A stretch of DNA of 44,340 nucleotides from Candidatus Omnitrophota bacterium (GTDB lineage: Bacteria > Omnitrophota > Gorgyraeia > Zapsychrales > Zapsychraceae): NCBI GenBank assembly GCA_015233495.1, contig JADFXQ010000010.1, forward strand, positions 1 through 44,340, in the 5' to 3' direction. The position numbers were made by a program, and so were the translations under genes. Under the pieces are notes generated by a model. The model was not told where the DNA came from, ran no database searches, and was given only the letters and a program-made list of their open reading frames with translations. Each line of letters starts with the position of its first letter. The stretch's first letter is position 1. Shown here in pieces: positions 1 through 10,099 of this stretch.

Positions 1-38
1 TCCGTCCTAACCATAACCATATCCTCTCTGTCAACCAT
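1..38 (-). CDS. Probable transposase N-terminus (MVDREDMVMVRT...), partial
   Basis: ATG with RBS just inside the IS end; only 12 codons visible. Confidence 0.5.
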   Translation of the reverse strand, partial: MVDREDMVMVRT

Positions 39-125
39 AACGCCCCCTTTTTATCGTTATGGTATGTTATCAGATTAGGACATTTTCATTTTGGCCAATT
101 AGGACATTATCATTTTGGCGTTACA
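1..125 (-). mobile_element. Left end of an insertion sequence (ISNCY/IS1202-like), truncated by the window edge
   Basis: Minus strand starts TGTAACGCCAAAATGATAATGTCCTAAT. Two 22-bp direct repeats (74-95, 98-119; one mismatch) are followed by an RBS-like AGGGGG and an ATG at 38. Confidence 0.75.
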
Positions 126-161
126 AAAAAATCCCCGGTTGTTGTTCTGAACAACCGAGGA
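125..161 (-). terminator. Intrinsic terminator downstream of asd
   Basis: Stem TCCCCGGTTGTT/AACAACCGAGGA with a T-tract on the minus strand, directly abutting the IS end. Confidence 0.7.
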
Positions 162-220
162 ATATTGCTTCTGGCGCTCGTCATCACCGACGGAAACCAT
201 TAAAGAACGCGCCGCCGTTA

Positions 221-1255
221 TCACCAGCCTTTTTTCACCAAGACCTCGGCGATCTGCACGGCATTGGCTGCCGCGCCTTTGCGCAGATTATCCGCGACCA
301 CCCAAAGCCACAAGCCGTTTTTTACATAAGGGTCTTTGCGGATACGGCCCACAAAAGTTTCGTCGCGGCCTTCCGCGTCTTTCGGCATCGGATAAAGACC
401 TTGCTTGGGATCATCGACTAAAATGATGCCCGGCGCTTTTTTCAACAAGGCTTTCACTTTGTCCGGCGCGATGGTTTCTTTAGTCTCGATATAGACCGAT
501 TCCGAATGCCCGGTGCGCACTGGCACACGGATAGTTGTCGCCGAAACTTTGATATTTTTATCGCCCATAATTTTGTGGGTCTCTTTGACTAATTTCCATT
601 CTTCGCTGGTATAATCATCTTCAGCGAACCCGCCAATTTGCGGAAATACATTATACGCCAATTGCTGCGGCATCGACCGGTTGGTCACGCTGACATTAAC
701 ATTGGTGAAACCGCCTTCGGCGATCAAGCCAACTTCTTCATTCAACTGGTCCACTGCCGCCTTGCCGGCGCCCGACGAAGCCTGGAGCGTGGTGACAATC
801 ACGCGTTTGATCCCGACTTTTTTATGGATCGGCATGAGCGCTACCACCATTTGGATCGTCGAACAATTCGGATTGGCAATAATGCCTTGATGCTTCTTAA
901 TCGCTTGCGGGTTTACTTCCGGAACCACGAGCGGGACGTTGGGGTCCATGCGAAAATCCGCGCCATTGTCAATGACCACTGCGCCGCGTTTGACTGCCTC
1001 AGCCGCAAAAGTGACTGCCGCGCCTTTTTCGCCTTCCGTGCCGGCGAACAAAGCGATATCAATCCCCTTAAACGCGTCCGGCGATATCGCCTCCACCGCG
1101 TATTTTTGGCCATCCACGTCAATAGTTCGGGCCGAACGCGCGAAAACTTTCAAATCCCCTACCGGAAATTTTCTTTGTTTAAGCACGCGCAGCATTTCAA
1201 TCCCGACCGCGCCCGCGCCGATCACCGCGACGTTGGCTTGTGTTTTCTTTGCCAT
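221..1255 (-). CDS. asd: Aspartate-semialdehyde dehydrogenase
   Basis: GAGAVG Rossmann motif; ANPNCST catalytic Cys; RVPVRTGHSE; DNLRKGAAANA. Confidence 0.97.
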   Translation of the reverse strand: MAKKTQANVAVIGAGAVGIEMLRVLKQRKFPVGDLKVFARSARTIDVDGQKYAVEAISPDAFKGIDIALFAGTEGEKGAAVTFAAEAVKRGAVVIDNGADFRMDPNVPLVVPEVNPQAIKKHQGIIANPNCSTIQMVVALMPIHKKVGIKRVIVTTLQASSGAGKAAVDQLNEEVGLIAEGGFTNVNVSVTNRSMPQQLAYNVFPQIGGFAEDDYTSEEWKLVKETHKIMGDKNIKVSATTIRVPVRTGHSESVYIETKETIAPDKVKALLKKAPGIILVDDPKQGLYPMPKDAEGRDETFVGRIRKDPYVKNGLWLWVVADNLRKGAAANAVQIAEVLVKKGW

Positions 1256-1273
1256 ATTAATTCCCTTCTTATA

Positions 1274-1297
1274 ACTTATAACTTGCGACTTATAACT
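1274..1297. repeat. Short heptamer tandem repeat (ACTTATA/ACTTGCG/ACTTATA)
   Basis: Direct reading of the leuB-asd spacer. Confidence 0.5.
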
Positions 1298-2351
1298 ATA
1301 ATTGTTTTACAACTAAATCCCCAACTTCCGTCGTCGAATATCCCATTTTCCCGGCGGCGAGATCTTTCAATTTTGTCTGCGCCACGGTTTTCACGGCATT
1401 GACAATCGCTTCCCCAGCCTTATCCTCGCCGATTTGTTCCAGCAGCATCGCGCCGGCGCAGATCGCGGCCAAAGGATTAATCACGTTTTTGCCCGTGTAT
1501 TTCGGAGCGGATCCGCCAATCGGCTCGAACATTGAAACGCCGTTCGGATTAATATTGCCGCCAGCCGCGATACCCATACCGCCCTGGATCATGGCGCCCA
1601 GATCCGTAATAATATCGCCGAACATATTATCCGTCACGATCACGTCAAACCACTCCGGATTTTTCACAAACCACATGGTAGTCGCGTCAACATGGGCGTA
1701 ATCAGTCTGCACATCCGGATATTCTTTTGCCAATTCGTTAAACGTCCGTTCCCACAAATCAAACGCGAAGGTCAAAACATTGGTCTTGCCGCATAAAGTC
1801 AATTTTTTTCGTTTGTTCCTTTTTTGAGTGTATTCAAAAGCGTAACGCAAACAACGTTCAACGCCTTTTCTCGTGTTATGCGACACTTGAATCGCCACCT
1901 CTTGCGCCGTACCCTTATTTTGAAATTCTCCCAGACCTTTATAAAGACCTTCGGAATTTTCCCTTACCACCACAAAATCAATGTCCTCAGGCTTTTTATT
2001 CTTCAGCGGACAAAACCGGTCGTCGTAAAGCTGGACCGGACGCAAATTAATATATTGATCCAGATCAAACCGCAAACGAAGCAATATCCCTTTTTCCAAA
2101 ATCCCCGGTTTGACATCCGGATGCCCGATGGCTCCTAAAAAAATCGAATCAAAAGTCTGCAATTCATCCACTGCGGAAGCTGGCAGAACTTCGCCGGTTC
2201 TCTTATAACGCTCGCCGCCAAAATCATAAACTATTTTTTCATATTTGAATCCGAATTTTTGCGCCGCGGCCGATAACACCTTGAGGCCTTCATTGACCAC
2301 TTCCGGGCCGGTGCCGTCACCGGGGATAATCGCGAATTTATAATGTTTCAT
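1296..2351 (-). CDS. leuB: 3-isopropylmalate dehydrogenase
   Basis: [40 protein letters not shown] motifs. Confidence 0.9.
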   Translation of the reverse strand: MKHYKFAIIPGDGTGPEVVNEGLKVLSAAAQKFGFKYEKIVYDFGGERYKRTGEVLPASAVDELQTFDSIFLGAIGHPDVKPGILEKGILLRLRFDLDQYINLRPVQLYDDRFCPLKNKKPEDIDFVVVRENSEGLYKGLGEFQNKGTAQEVAIQVSHNTRKGVERCLRYAFEYTQKRNKRKKLTLCGKTNVLTFAFDLWERTFNELAKEYPDVQTDYAHVDATTMWFVKNPEWFDVIVTDNMFGDIITDLGAMIQGGMGIAAGGNINPNGVSMFEPIGGSAPKYTGKNVINPLAAICAGAMLLEQIGEDKAGEAIVNAVKTVAQTKLKDLAAGKMGYSTTEVGDLVVKQL

Positions 2352-2359
2352 GTATTTTG

Positions 2360-2396
2360 CCCCCCTTCCCTATCCCTCTCCACAAGGGGGAGGGAA
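2360..2396. repeat. CCCT-rich hairpin repeat between fabF and leuB
   Basis: TCCCTCTCC-ACAA-GGGGGAGGGA hairpin preceded by CCCCCTTCCCTA. Confidence 0.5.
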
Positions 2397-2408
2397 TTAT
2401 CAGCAACA

Positions 2409-3650
2409 TCAAATATATTTTTTGACCCCGATAGTCGCGTTATGCCCCCCGAAACCCAAAGAATTCGAAATCGCGAAATTCACCGTCACTTTTCGCGCTT
2501 GATTGGGCACATAATCCAAATCACAATCCGGATCCGGGGTTTCATAATTGATCGTCGGAGGAATAATGTCATCCCTTATCGCCAAAACAATCGCCGCGAA
2601 CTCTATCCCGCCAGCCGCGCCTAACAAATGTCCAGTCATCGATTTCGTCGAGCTGACCGGTATTTTCTTGGCCAAATCGCCAAACGCGGCTTTAATCGCC
2701 AAAGTTTCGCCTTTATCGTTCAACTCCGTGGATGTGCCGTGCGCGTTAATATAGGAAACATCCGCCAATTTCATACCCGCGTCTTCCACGGTTTGCAGCA
2801 TTGCCCGGGCCGCGCCTTTGCCGCTGGGTTCCGGCGCGGTGATATGATGCGCATCGCACGTGCTCCCATATCCGGCAAATTCGGCAAGTATCTTCGCGCC
2901 GCGAGACTGGGCGTGTTTTAAAGATTCCAAAACCACAATACCCGCGCCTTCGCCCATGACAAAACCATCCCGATGCAAATCAAACGGCCGGCTGGCTTTT
3001 TTCGGTTCCGCGTTACGCCGGGACAAGGCCTTGAGCGCGCAAAATCCGCCAATACCCAACGGCGTAACCGCGCTTTCTGTCCCGCCCGCGATCACCACGT
3101 CCGCTATGCCCCATTCGATCAAACGGGCCGCGTCGCCGATCGCGTTGGTCGCGGTCGCGCAAGCCGTGGTCACGCAGGAAGCCGGCCCTCGCGCGCCTGT
3201 TTCAATCGCGATGTGTCCAGCCGCTTCATTGATGATCATTTTGGGTATAAAAAACGGCGACATCCGGCTGGGACCGCGCGTCCGTAATTTCTCAAATTCT
3301 TCTTCCATTGTCTGCAAACTGCCAATTCCGGAACCGACCAAAACCGCAACCCTATCAAGATTCACTGCCTGAAAATTTAACTTCGCCTGCGCCACAGCCT
3401 CTCGGGAAGCGACTAAAGCGAACTGAATAAAATTGGATAAGTGTCTTGCTTCCTTAGAATCAAAATACTTCAACGGGTCAAAATCCGGAACCATACCGGC
3501 GATCTGGCAATCATAAGCCGCGGAATCAAAGTGCGTGAACCGGCTGATACCGCTTTCGCCGGCAATCAAATTTTGCCAAAACTTTTCTGTGCCTACGCCC
3601 AACGGAGAAACTACACCTAATCCTGTAACCACAACTCTGTGTTTTTGCAT
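2409..3650 (-). CDS. fabF: 3-oxoacyl-ACP synthase II
   Basis: TACAT catalytic Cys; NAHGTST; KSMTGHLLGAAG; SNSLGFGGHN. Confidence 0.97.
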   Translation of the reverse strand: MQKHRVVVTGLGVVSPLGVGTEKFWQNLIAGESGISRFTHFDSAAYDCQIAGMVPDFDPLKYFDSKEARHLSNFIQFALVASREAVAQAKLNFQAVNLDRVAVLVGSGIGSLQTMEEEFEKLRTRGPSRMSPFFIPKMIINEAAGHIAIETGARGPASCVTTACATATNAIGDAARLIEWGIADVVIAGGTESAVTPLGIGGFCALKALSRRNAEPKKASRPFDLHRDGFVMGEGAGIVVLESLKHAQSRGAKILAEFAGYGSTCDAHHITAPEPSGKGAARAMLQTVEDAGMKLADVSYINAHGTSTELNDKGETLAIKAAFGDLAKKIPVSSTKSMTGHLLGAAGGIEFAAIVLAIRDDIIPPTINYETPDPDCDLDYVPNQARKVTVNFAISNSLGFGGHNATIGVKKYI

Positions 3651-3690
3651 GATTGATGATGTCCCTTTAAGACTGGTGAACTATAAATGG

Positions 3691-3716
3691 ACGCCTCGGC
3701 TTTAAAGCCGAGGCGT
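3691..3716. repeat. Perfect 26-bp palindrome between acpP and fabF (RNA stem-loop or terminator-like)
   Basis: ACGCCTCGGCTTTAAAGCCGAGGCGT; no long U-tract. Confidence 0.65.
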
Positions 3717-3750
3717 AAGATTGCAATCCAAACCAAAAAAATTAAAACGG

Positions 3751-3984
3751 TTATTTGGATTTCGCTTCAATGTATTTGATCGCGTCTCCAACCGTTGTCA
3801 TCTTTTCTGCGTCTTCATCCGGGATTTCGATGCTAAATTCTTCTTCCAAGGCCATAATGAGTTCAACCGTGTCCAAAGAATCGGCCCCCAAATCATCAAT
3901 AAAAGACGCTTCCGGTGTCACTTCTTCCGGTTTGACTCCTAATTGTTCAGCAATAATCGATTTTATTTTCTCTTGAACTGCCAT
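3751..3984 (-). CDS. acpP: Acyl carrier protein
   Basis: [12 protein letters not shown] phosphopantetheine site; AGGAG RBS. Confidence 0.98.
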   Translation of the reverse strand: MAVQEKIKSIIAEQLGVKPEEVTPEASFIDDLGADSLDTVELIMALEEEFSIEIPDEDAEKMTTVGDAIKYIEAKSK

Positions 3985-4016
3985 TAACTCCTCCTTTGTT
4001 AGTTACCTTTCAAAAT

Positions 4017-4757
4017 TTATATGCCCATACCGCCGTCTATCAAAATCACCTGTCCTGTGATGTAATCTGCTTCCGCTGAGGCCAAAAACAAACAAACATT
4101 GGCCACGTCTTTGGGTGACCCTAATTTTCCTAAGGGAATTTGTTTAAATATCTCTTCTTTGGCTTTTTCGCTCAATTTATCCGTCATATCACTTTGGATA
4201 AATCCCGGAGCCACCGCGTTCGCGGTGATGTTTCGAGAAGCAAACTCTTTCGCTACTGATTTCGTAAAAGCGATGACCCCGCCTTTACTGGCCGCGTAAT
4301 TGGCCTGACCCGCGTTGCCCATAACCCCGATAATCGACGCGATGTTGATCATCTTGCCTTTACGGGCTTTGAGCATCGGCTTGCTGACCACCTTGGTGCA
4401 AATAAACGCGCCTTTGAGATTGGTGGAAAGAACCGCGTCCCACTCATTTTCCGTCATCCGCAAGATCAAATTGTCCCGCGTAATGCCGGCATTGTTAACT
4501 AATATATCAATCGACTTCCACTTGTCAAGGACATTGTTGACCATTTCCTCGACACTTTCCGCCTTGGTCACGTCGCACCCGAAACTTAAGGCTTCAAACC
4601 CCTGCTGACGAAACTCTTCCGCGGTTTTAGCCGCGGATTCGGCGTTTATATCCGAAATAACCACCTTAGCCCCAGCTTGGGCAAAGGTCAAAGCGATTTC
4701 CCGGCCAATCCCGCGGGCCGAACCGGTGATCAAAGCGACCTGGTCTTTAAGTTTCAT
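4017..4757 (-). CDS. fabG: 3-oxoacyl-ACP reductase
   Basis: TGSARGIG, NNAGITRD, YAASK; start reassigned to MKLKDQ. Confidence 0.96.
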   Translation of the reverse strand: MKLKDQVALITGSARGIGREIALTFAQAGAKVVISDINAESAAKTAEEFRQQGFEALSFGCDVTKAESVEEMVNNVLDKWKSIDILVNNAGITRDNLILRMTENEWDAVLSTNLKGAFICTKVVSKPMLKARKGKMINIASIIGVMGNAGQANYAASKGGVIAFTKSVAKEFASRNITANAVAPGFIQSDMTDKLSEKAKEEIFKQIPLGKLGSPKDVANVCLFLASAEADYITGQVILIDGGMGI

Positions 4758-4865
4758 TGGGAGGCACCTCTTTCGTTTGCTGAAACGAAGATATAATAGC
4801 AACGGGTTTTGATTTTGCAAGGAAAAAATTAAAAATGGGTAAAATGAGGCCTGAATGTAAGGTTA

Positions 4866-5297
4866 TTAAACATCAATCACTTCATCATCGTCATTCTGTC
4901 GCCGGGGATAAGACAGATCGACAAAGCGGCCTTGGGCAGTATAGCGTTTGATTTGCCATTTGATCAGCATTTTGACCAAGGACCGGGTCCAGGGGAACAA
5001 TAGGATGAGGCCGAAAATGTCAGTGATGAATCCGGGCACAATCAACAAAATGCCGGCAGTTAAAATCAATACCCCGTCTAAAACCTCGGAATTCGGCGAA
5101 TTGCCTTTGGCTAATTCTTCCTGCATCCGAATCATGACCCGGTATCCTTCGAACCGCGCTATGGCCGATCCCACGACCGCGGAAACAACTAAGAGCATGA
5201 TCGTGTTCAACGCCCCGATATGACTCCCTACCTTAATCAGGACGTACAGTTCCAGGACAGGCAGAGAAATTAAAAATAATAGGATCAATGGCATCAT
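4866..5297 (-). CDS. fxsA: FxsA family membrane protein
   Basis: PVLELYVLIKVG...AGILLIVPGFITDIFGLILLFP signature. Confidence 0.9.
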   Translation of the reverse strand: MMPLILLFLISLPVLELYVLIKVGSHIGALNTIMLLVVSAVVGSAIARFEGYRVMIRMQEELAKGNSPNSEVLDGVLILTAGILLIVPGFITDIFGLILLFPWTRSLVKMLIKWQIKRYTAQGRFVDLSYPRRQNDDDEVIDV

Positions 5298-5303
5298 AAA
5301 CGC

Positions 5304-8300
5304 CTATTTCAAAATCTTGCCGAATATTTGGTCGATGATTTGTCCGGCCGGCGAATTGTTGTTGGCCGGCTGGTCTGCTGCCGGTTGATCTGTTGGTTGG
5401 CCGTCCGGGGTTGATGTATTGGACGGAGTCCCCAGGTTGACCGCGCCGCCCAAGGCCTTTTCCAAGACCTTTTGCAATTCTTCCTTCCCTTTATTCCGGA
5501 TCACGCTTTTAGTCATGTCTACTGCGGTTTTGGTCACCGACACCGACGGCGGCTGAGCCCCTTTGCCTTTCGCGTGGACCGGGATCGCAATATAATTATT
5601 TTCATCATACAAATATTGGAGCTGCGAAACGCCCTTGACCATGGCCGCAGACAATTCCGCGGGGATTTTCACATTGCCGTCAACGTCGTATTCCTGTTGA
5701 AAATTCGCCGTACTTTTTCCCGTAAAGATGAAAGCGTCCGCCTCCACCCGAATCGGGTCCAACACGATCTGACTATTCGCGATTTTCCCGGTCAATGATA
5801 TTGAGCTGATATCCGTATCTTGACTGCTTAGTTCGGTTTTATATTTATCCGGCAACCCGGATTGAATGTTTTCGGAAACGTTCGGGATAAAGGATATCTT
5901 ATCCAAAACCGTTTTCAGGACATTTATATCTTTTAATTTCACTTTGTCGCCGGTGATATTCACATCGCCGGTGACGGAATTTAAATCCGCAGCCTTGCCC
6001 TGCGCCTTGATCTGTCCGGAAATCAGGCCCTCCACTTTCACCTGCGCCTTGTCCTGGTCAAGTATCTTTGCCAAATCAATATCTTTCCATTGGGCTTGGG
6101 CAGTCAAGTCTTGGGTGGTTAAATAATTATTCACCGTAGCATTGACAGTAATTTGCCCTTGACCCAAAGCCGCGGTCAAAGAATCCAGAATGAAATCCGT
6201 TTGGGTTGCTTGAAACGCGGCATCGATTTTTTCAACCGGGATGCCCAATTCTTTCACTTTAACTAATCCGTCTTTTAAAGTCCCTTTACCGTCGAGTTTT
6301 ATCAAACCTTTCGCTCCGGCTTGCGCTGCCGCGATTGAAAAATCAAACTGGCCCCCCATTTTTTCCGGCAAAGGCACATCCTTTAAAGCAGCGACCGCTG
6401 ACTTCAATCCAGTCAGGGACAATTTTGAAAGATCGGCCGAAATCCTGGCATCATTGATTGTTGCGGCTTGCCCGGCAATGTCCAATGACGCGGTCCCTGC
6501 CGCCTTGATATCTGCTTCGTCACCCAGATACGCCATTTCCATGGTAAAGGCAAATGGTTTGGTTAAACTCACATTGTCCAAACCAATTTTCATTTTCGAC
6601 GCGGCAAAAGCCACGCCCGGAGCTACGTCCATTTTGACTACGCCATCAGTCAACCGCACATCCGCGGACAAATCGCCGATTCCCTGCGGCCCGGCAGTAA
6701 GATCTTTAACCGCCACGGATAATTTCCCAGCCAAAATTGACGGCAAAGAAACATTTTTCAAAGCCGCGACCGCGGTTTTCAGCCGCTCCATGGATAGTTG
6801 CGACAAATCAGTATCGATCTGGCTCTGGGTCAAATGGGCCCCGGAGGTTTTTAAATCCACAGTTGTTTTAAACGAAATATTCGACGCATCATTTTCATAC
6901 GCCAGACTCCCGGCAACGGCAAACGGGTCTTGCAGAGAAAAGTCCGTGACATCCACATTGATTTTTTGGGCGTTGACGGAAACCCCAGGGGCAACTTCGA
7001 CGATCCGTATTTTTCCGTCCTGCCAATGAATATCGGTTTTTAACCGGTCCAACCCTTTCGCGGACGCGGCTAAATACTTGATATCCACCCGCACTTGACC
7101 GCCTGCGGTTTGCGGAAACGGCGTTCCGGCGGGAATAAACCCGGATTTTTTAATCTGTTCGAAAGAAATCACGTCTAAGTCTAGCCGGACGGCGGCATTT
7201 TTTAAAGATACGGCTTGATTCGTTAAATCAAGCGCGACATCGCCGTCAAACGCGATATCCGGTGTTTGACTGAACAAAGCGGTTTTTAACGACACGGCAA
7301 ACGGCCGGTTTAATGACAAATCCTTGAGCGTCACATCGGTCTTTGATATCTTCCCGATTCCGGACACAATCCCGGTCAAATCAAACTCCCCTCCGGTCAA
7401 AGCCGCGTCGCACAACACATCCGTGACCCCGGCCGGCGAAGCCTCCAAATTTTTGATGGTCAAATCGATTTTTCCGGTAAGGGATTTGGGCAAGGGCAAG
7501 GTTTTCAGCGGGACCAGAGCCTTTTTCATTTTCTCCAAAGGCCAGGCATTAAGGTCAGTGGCAAAATGACCGGCCGTCACATGAACGGACTGCTTTTTCA
7601 AATCCAATCCGATTTGCCCGGAAAAATCAACGTTCACCGCGTCTTGATAAACCGCGGTACGCACCGACACTTGAAACGGTTTGGAACCGTCCAAATAAAA
7701 TCCGTCTAATTTGAAATCAATTTTATTGGCCTCGATCGAAATGCCGGGCGCCGCTTCCGGAAAAATCAATTTCCCATTGGTCCAGGCAATATCCGCGACC
7801 GCGTTTTCCAGCCCTTTGTCCGATACAGACATTTTCTTGATCACGGCTTTGACTTGACCGTTCAATTCTTTCGGTAAAGGCACGCCTTTTAATAAAGGAA
7901 AGTCCCGCAATTCATTTAAAGCAAACGCGTCAAAATCAACAGTTGTGACCAAATCAGAAATAACGACCCCGCTATGGAACAAGTCCAGCCGGGCTTTTCC
8001 TGACACCTCTAAATTCTTGTCAGCTCCCAAGACCGCCGCACTTGCCAAAAATTCAAAAGGATGATCTAAAGAAAACCTTTTGACCGTAAAATTAAATTTC
8101 TTAACCGCTAAAGTTACCGGCGTTTCCCCGCTTTGATCAATAACCTCGACTTGCGCGTCTTCAATTTTCAGGGAATTAATGAGGATTACCGGCAATGCCG
8201 CTATTCCCGGACCAGATGAACCAGATGCAACGGTAGATTTCGGGCCGATGGTTTGCGCGTTTATAACTCCGGATTTATTACGAATCAGATGCGCTTGCAA

Positions 8301-8657
8301 ATCTCTCACCAAAATATTCGGGATGGAAATTTGCCTTAGCGTCAAAAAGGGAATAATATCGGCCCCCAGCTCAATCGTTCCGACGGATACGAAATTTCCG
8401 GTTCCAAACGCGGGACTTTCTTTAATTGCCAAAGCCGTTAACTTGAACCTTACTCCTTCCTGTAACGATACCCTTAATTGAATATCATCAAAATCAACTA
8501 CCCGGTCCAAAGACTGGGACATGGCCTTAATGATCTGCGGCTTGTATTGCTTGATGTCAAAATTTTTCAGAAAAATGAAAGCGCCGGTCAACCCAAGGAA
8601 AACCAGAACTGCCAGACTTATGACGATAATTTTAAAAATCTTCCAAAACAGGTTCAT
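5304..8657 (-). CDS. AsmA-like envelope protein with ~5 internal repeats
   Basis: N-terminal TM anchor followed by an AsmA-type 'YKPQIIKAMSQSLDRVV' start; beta-rich body; AsmA-like C-terminus. Confidence 0.75.
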   Translation of the reverse strand: MNLFWKIFKIIVISLAVLVFLGLTGAFIFLKNFDIKQYKPQIIKAMSQSLDRVVDFDDIQLRVSLQEGVRFKLTALAIKESPAFGTGNFVSVGTIELGADIIPFLTLRQISIPNILVRDLQAHLIRNKSGVINAQTIGPKSTVASGSSGPGIAALPVILINSLKIEDAQVEVIDQSGETPVTLAVKKFNFTVKRFSLDHPFEFLASAAVLGADKNLEVSGKARLDLFHSGVVISDLVTTVDFDAFALNELRDFPLLKGVPLPKELNGQVKAVIKKMSVSDKGLENAVADIAWTNGKLIFPEAAPGISIEANKIDFKLDGFYLDGSKPFQVSVRTAVYQDAVNVDFSGQIGLDLKKQSVHVTAGHFATDLNAWPLEKMKKALVPLKTLPLPKSLTGKIDLTIKNLEASPAGVTDVLCDAALTGGEFDLTGIVSGIGKISKTDVTLKDLSLNRPFAVSLKTALFSQTPDIAFDGDVALDLTNQAVSLKNAAVRLDLDVISFEQIKKSGFIPAGTPFPQTAGGQVRVDIKYLAASAKGLDRLKTDIHWQDGKIRIVEVAPGVSVNAQKINVDVTDFSLQDPFAVAGSLAYENDASNISFKTTVDLKTSGAHLTQSQIDTDLSQLSMERLKTAVAALKNVSLPSILAGKLSVAVKDLTAGPQGIGDLSADVRLTDGVVKMDVAPGVAFAASKMKIGLDNVSLTKPFAFTMEMAYLGDEADIKAAGTASLDIAGQAATINDARISADLSKLSLTGLKSAVAALKDVPLPEKMGGQFDFSIAAAQAGAKGLIKLDGKGTLKDGLVKVKELGIPVEKIDAAFQATQTDFILDSLTAALGQGQITVNATVNNYLTTQDLTAQAQWKDIDLAKILDQDKAQVKVEGLISGQIKAQGKAADLNSVTGDVNITGDKVKLKDINVLKTVLDKISFIPNVSENIQSGLPDKYKTELSSQDTDISSISLTGKIANSQIVLDPIRVEADAFIFTGKSTANFQQEYDVDGNVKIPAELSAAMVKGVSQLQYLYDENNYIAIPVHAKGKGAQPPSVSVTKTAVDMTKSVIRNKGKEELQKVLEKALGGAVNLGTPSNTSTPDGQPTDQPAADQPANNNSPAGQIIDQIFGKILK

Positions 8658-8661
8658 CGGA

Positions 8662-9855
8662 TTACTCCTCGTCTATTCCCGCGGGGGAAACGATTCTGGT
8701 AATTTTTCCCGGCAATAAGTGTTTCGGCATAAACGCCAGTTGGGCAATCAGGGTTGGCAGCACGGCGCTGGCGATCACCGAAGCGATCAAAAACGAATAT
8801 TGCTCCTGAGTAACAATTCCATGCGAATAACCATAAACCGCGGCAATCGCGCCAAATGTAAGTCCGGTAGACATCAACAGCGTGTAAAACCACCTTTCCG
8901 AACCCTCCCGGTGAAACAGACCGACTACCGGATACAAACCAAAAATTTTCCAGACAATTTTGCCGGCGAGTAAACCCCCAACAATCAAGGGCGCGGACCA
9001 CAGCGCGGGAACTGACACCAAGGTCCCGACCCGCAAAAAATAAAACGGAGTCAAAAACCCCACAGTCAAGGTCCGCATCCTTCTTACCCAATGCTCCTCT
9101 TGCGCGGCGAATTCCGCCAGGACAATACCCGCGACATACGCCGGCAAAACCGCCTCGCTTCCCGACCAAAACGCCAAGGCGCCAATCCCGAATAACACAA
9201 ACATCAACCATTTCGCCCGAATCGCGGCAGTCCGGTTCCCATAAATTCTGGTCAACGCCTTTGTCACCAAAGGAAACAAAATCAAGACCCCGGCCGTAGC
9301 CAAAATAAACACCGTAGTTTTATAAGTGAACGGCGCGAAAATAAGTCCCAGCCCGACAACCGTGCTCAAATCATTAACAAAACTCGCGCCCAGAATACCT
9401 TTGCCAAATTCGGTTTTATTCAGTCCCGTCTCCAGCATCACCGTGTAAATCACCGCCATAGACGTGGTGGACAGCGCGATACCGGCGAGCCAACTGGCCC
9501 GGACATCCCAATGCAAAAGCCAGCGCGCCACAGCCGCGCATCCCAAAAACGGGGCCAAAAATCCAAAAATTCCGACCACGGACACCTCGGTCAATTTCGT
9601 CTTCATGATCCGCGGGTCCAGTTCCGCCCCTGCCAAAAACGTCAACATGACCACGCCGGAGGCAGCCAAAAACTTCAGCCACTCCTGATTGTTACCCAAA
9701 CTGTCGGCTCCCCAAAATCGCGTAGCCACCGCGCCGGCTGCCACGCCGACACAAATCTCAACCAGCGCGATCGACATCCGCAAATGAAAAGCAATGATCG
9801 CGGCCAAAACCGCCAACCCCAACCAAACCGCCGCAATTGTAAATTGCGCTTCCAT
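8662..9855 (-). CDS. Cation:proton antiporter (CPA2/Na+:H+ exchanger family)
   Basis: Multi-TM; FLAGAELD, ALSTTS, FVND motifs; start reassigned to MEAQF. Confidence 0.88.
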   Translation of the reverse strand: MEAQFTIAAVWLGLAVLAAIIAFHLRMSIALVEICVGVAAGAVATRFWGADSLGNNQEWLKFLAASGVVMLTFLAGAELDPRIMKTKLTEVSVVGIFGFLAPFLGCAAVARWLLHWDVRASWLAGIALSTTSMAVIYTVMLETGLNKTEFGKGILGASFVNDLSTVVGLGLIFAPFTYKTTVFILATAGVLILFPLVTKALTRIYGNRTAAIRAKWLMFVLFGIGALAFWSGSEAVLPAYVAGIVLAEFAAQEEHWVRRMRTLTVGFLTPFYFLRVGTLVSVPALWSAPLIVGGLLAGKIVWKIFGLYPVVGLFHREGSERWFYTLLMSTGLTFGAIAAVYGYSHGIVTQEQYSFLIASVIASAVLPTLIAQLAFMPKHLLPGKITRIVSPAGIDEE

Positions 9856-10002
9856 AAATGATGCCCTCTTTAAATTGAAATGCGGGGAGTATATATTCAG
9901 AAAAACTTGACGTGTCGAAATATAATTTCTCTTTAGTCTCTTTACCAACCTTTTTTTACTTAAGTTTATTATAAACTCCTCACAAAGTCGACCGATTTTT
10001 CT

Positions 10003-10025
10003 CGTTTACAATGCGTTTACAATGC
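10003..10025. promoter_or_regulatory. 11-bp direct repeat, possible regulator binding site
   Basis: CGTTTACAATG x2 upstream of the antiporter. Confidence 0.35.
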
Positions 10026-10040
10026 TTACCGCGATAAGAC

Positions 10041-10074
10041 AAAAAAAATCTCCCGTTACTTGGGAGATTTTTTT
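10041..10074. terminator. Intrinsic terminator (symmetric A/T tails) after the glycoside hydrolase gene
   Basis: AAAAAAAATCTCCC-loop-GGGAGATTTTTTT. Confidence 0.8.
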
Positions 10075-10099
10075 CTTTTTTAAAAAGAATGCCGTATCT

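Noticed and set aside
164..220. Small hairpins (GGCGC/GCGCC, CGTC/GACG) before the asd terminator as a riboswitch or attenuator
   Set aside because: No recognisable aptamer consensus or amino-acid-rich leader peptide, and the original downstream gene is not visible
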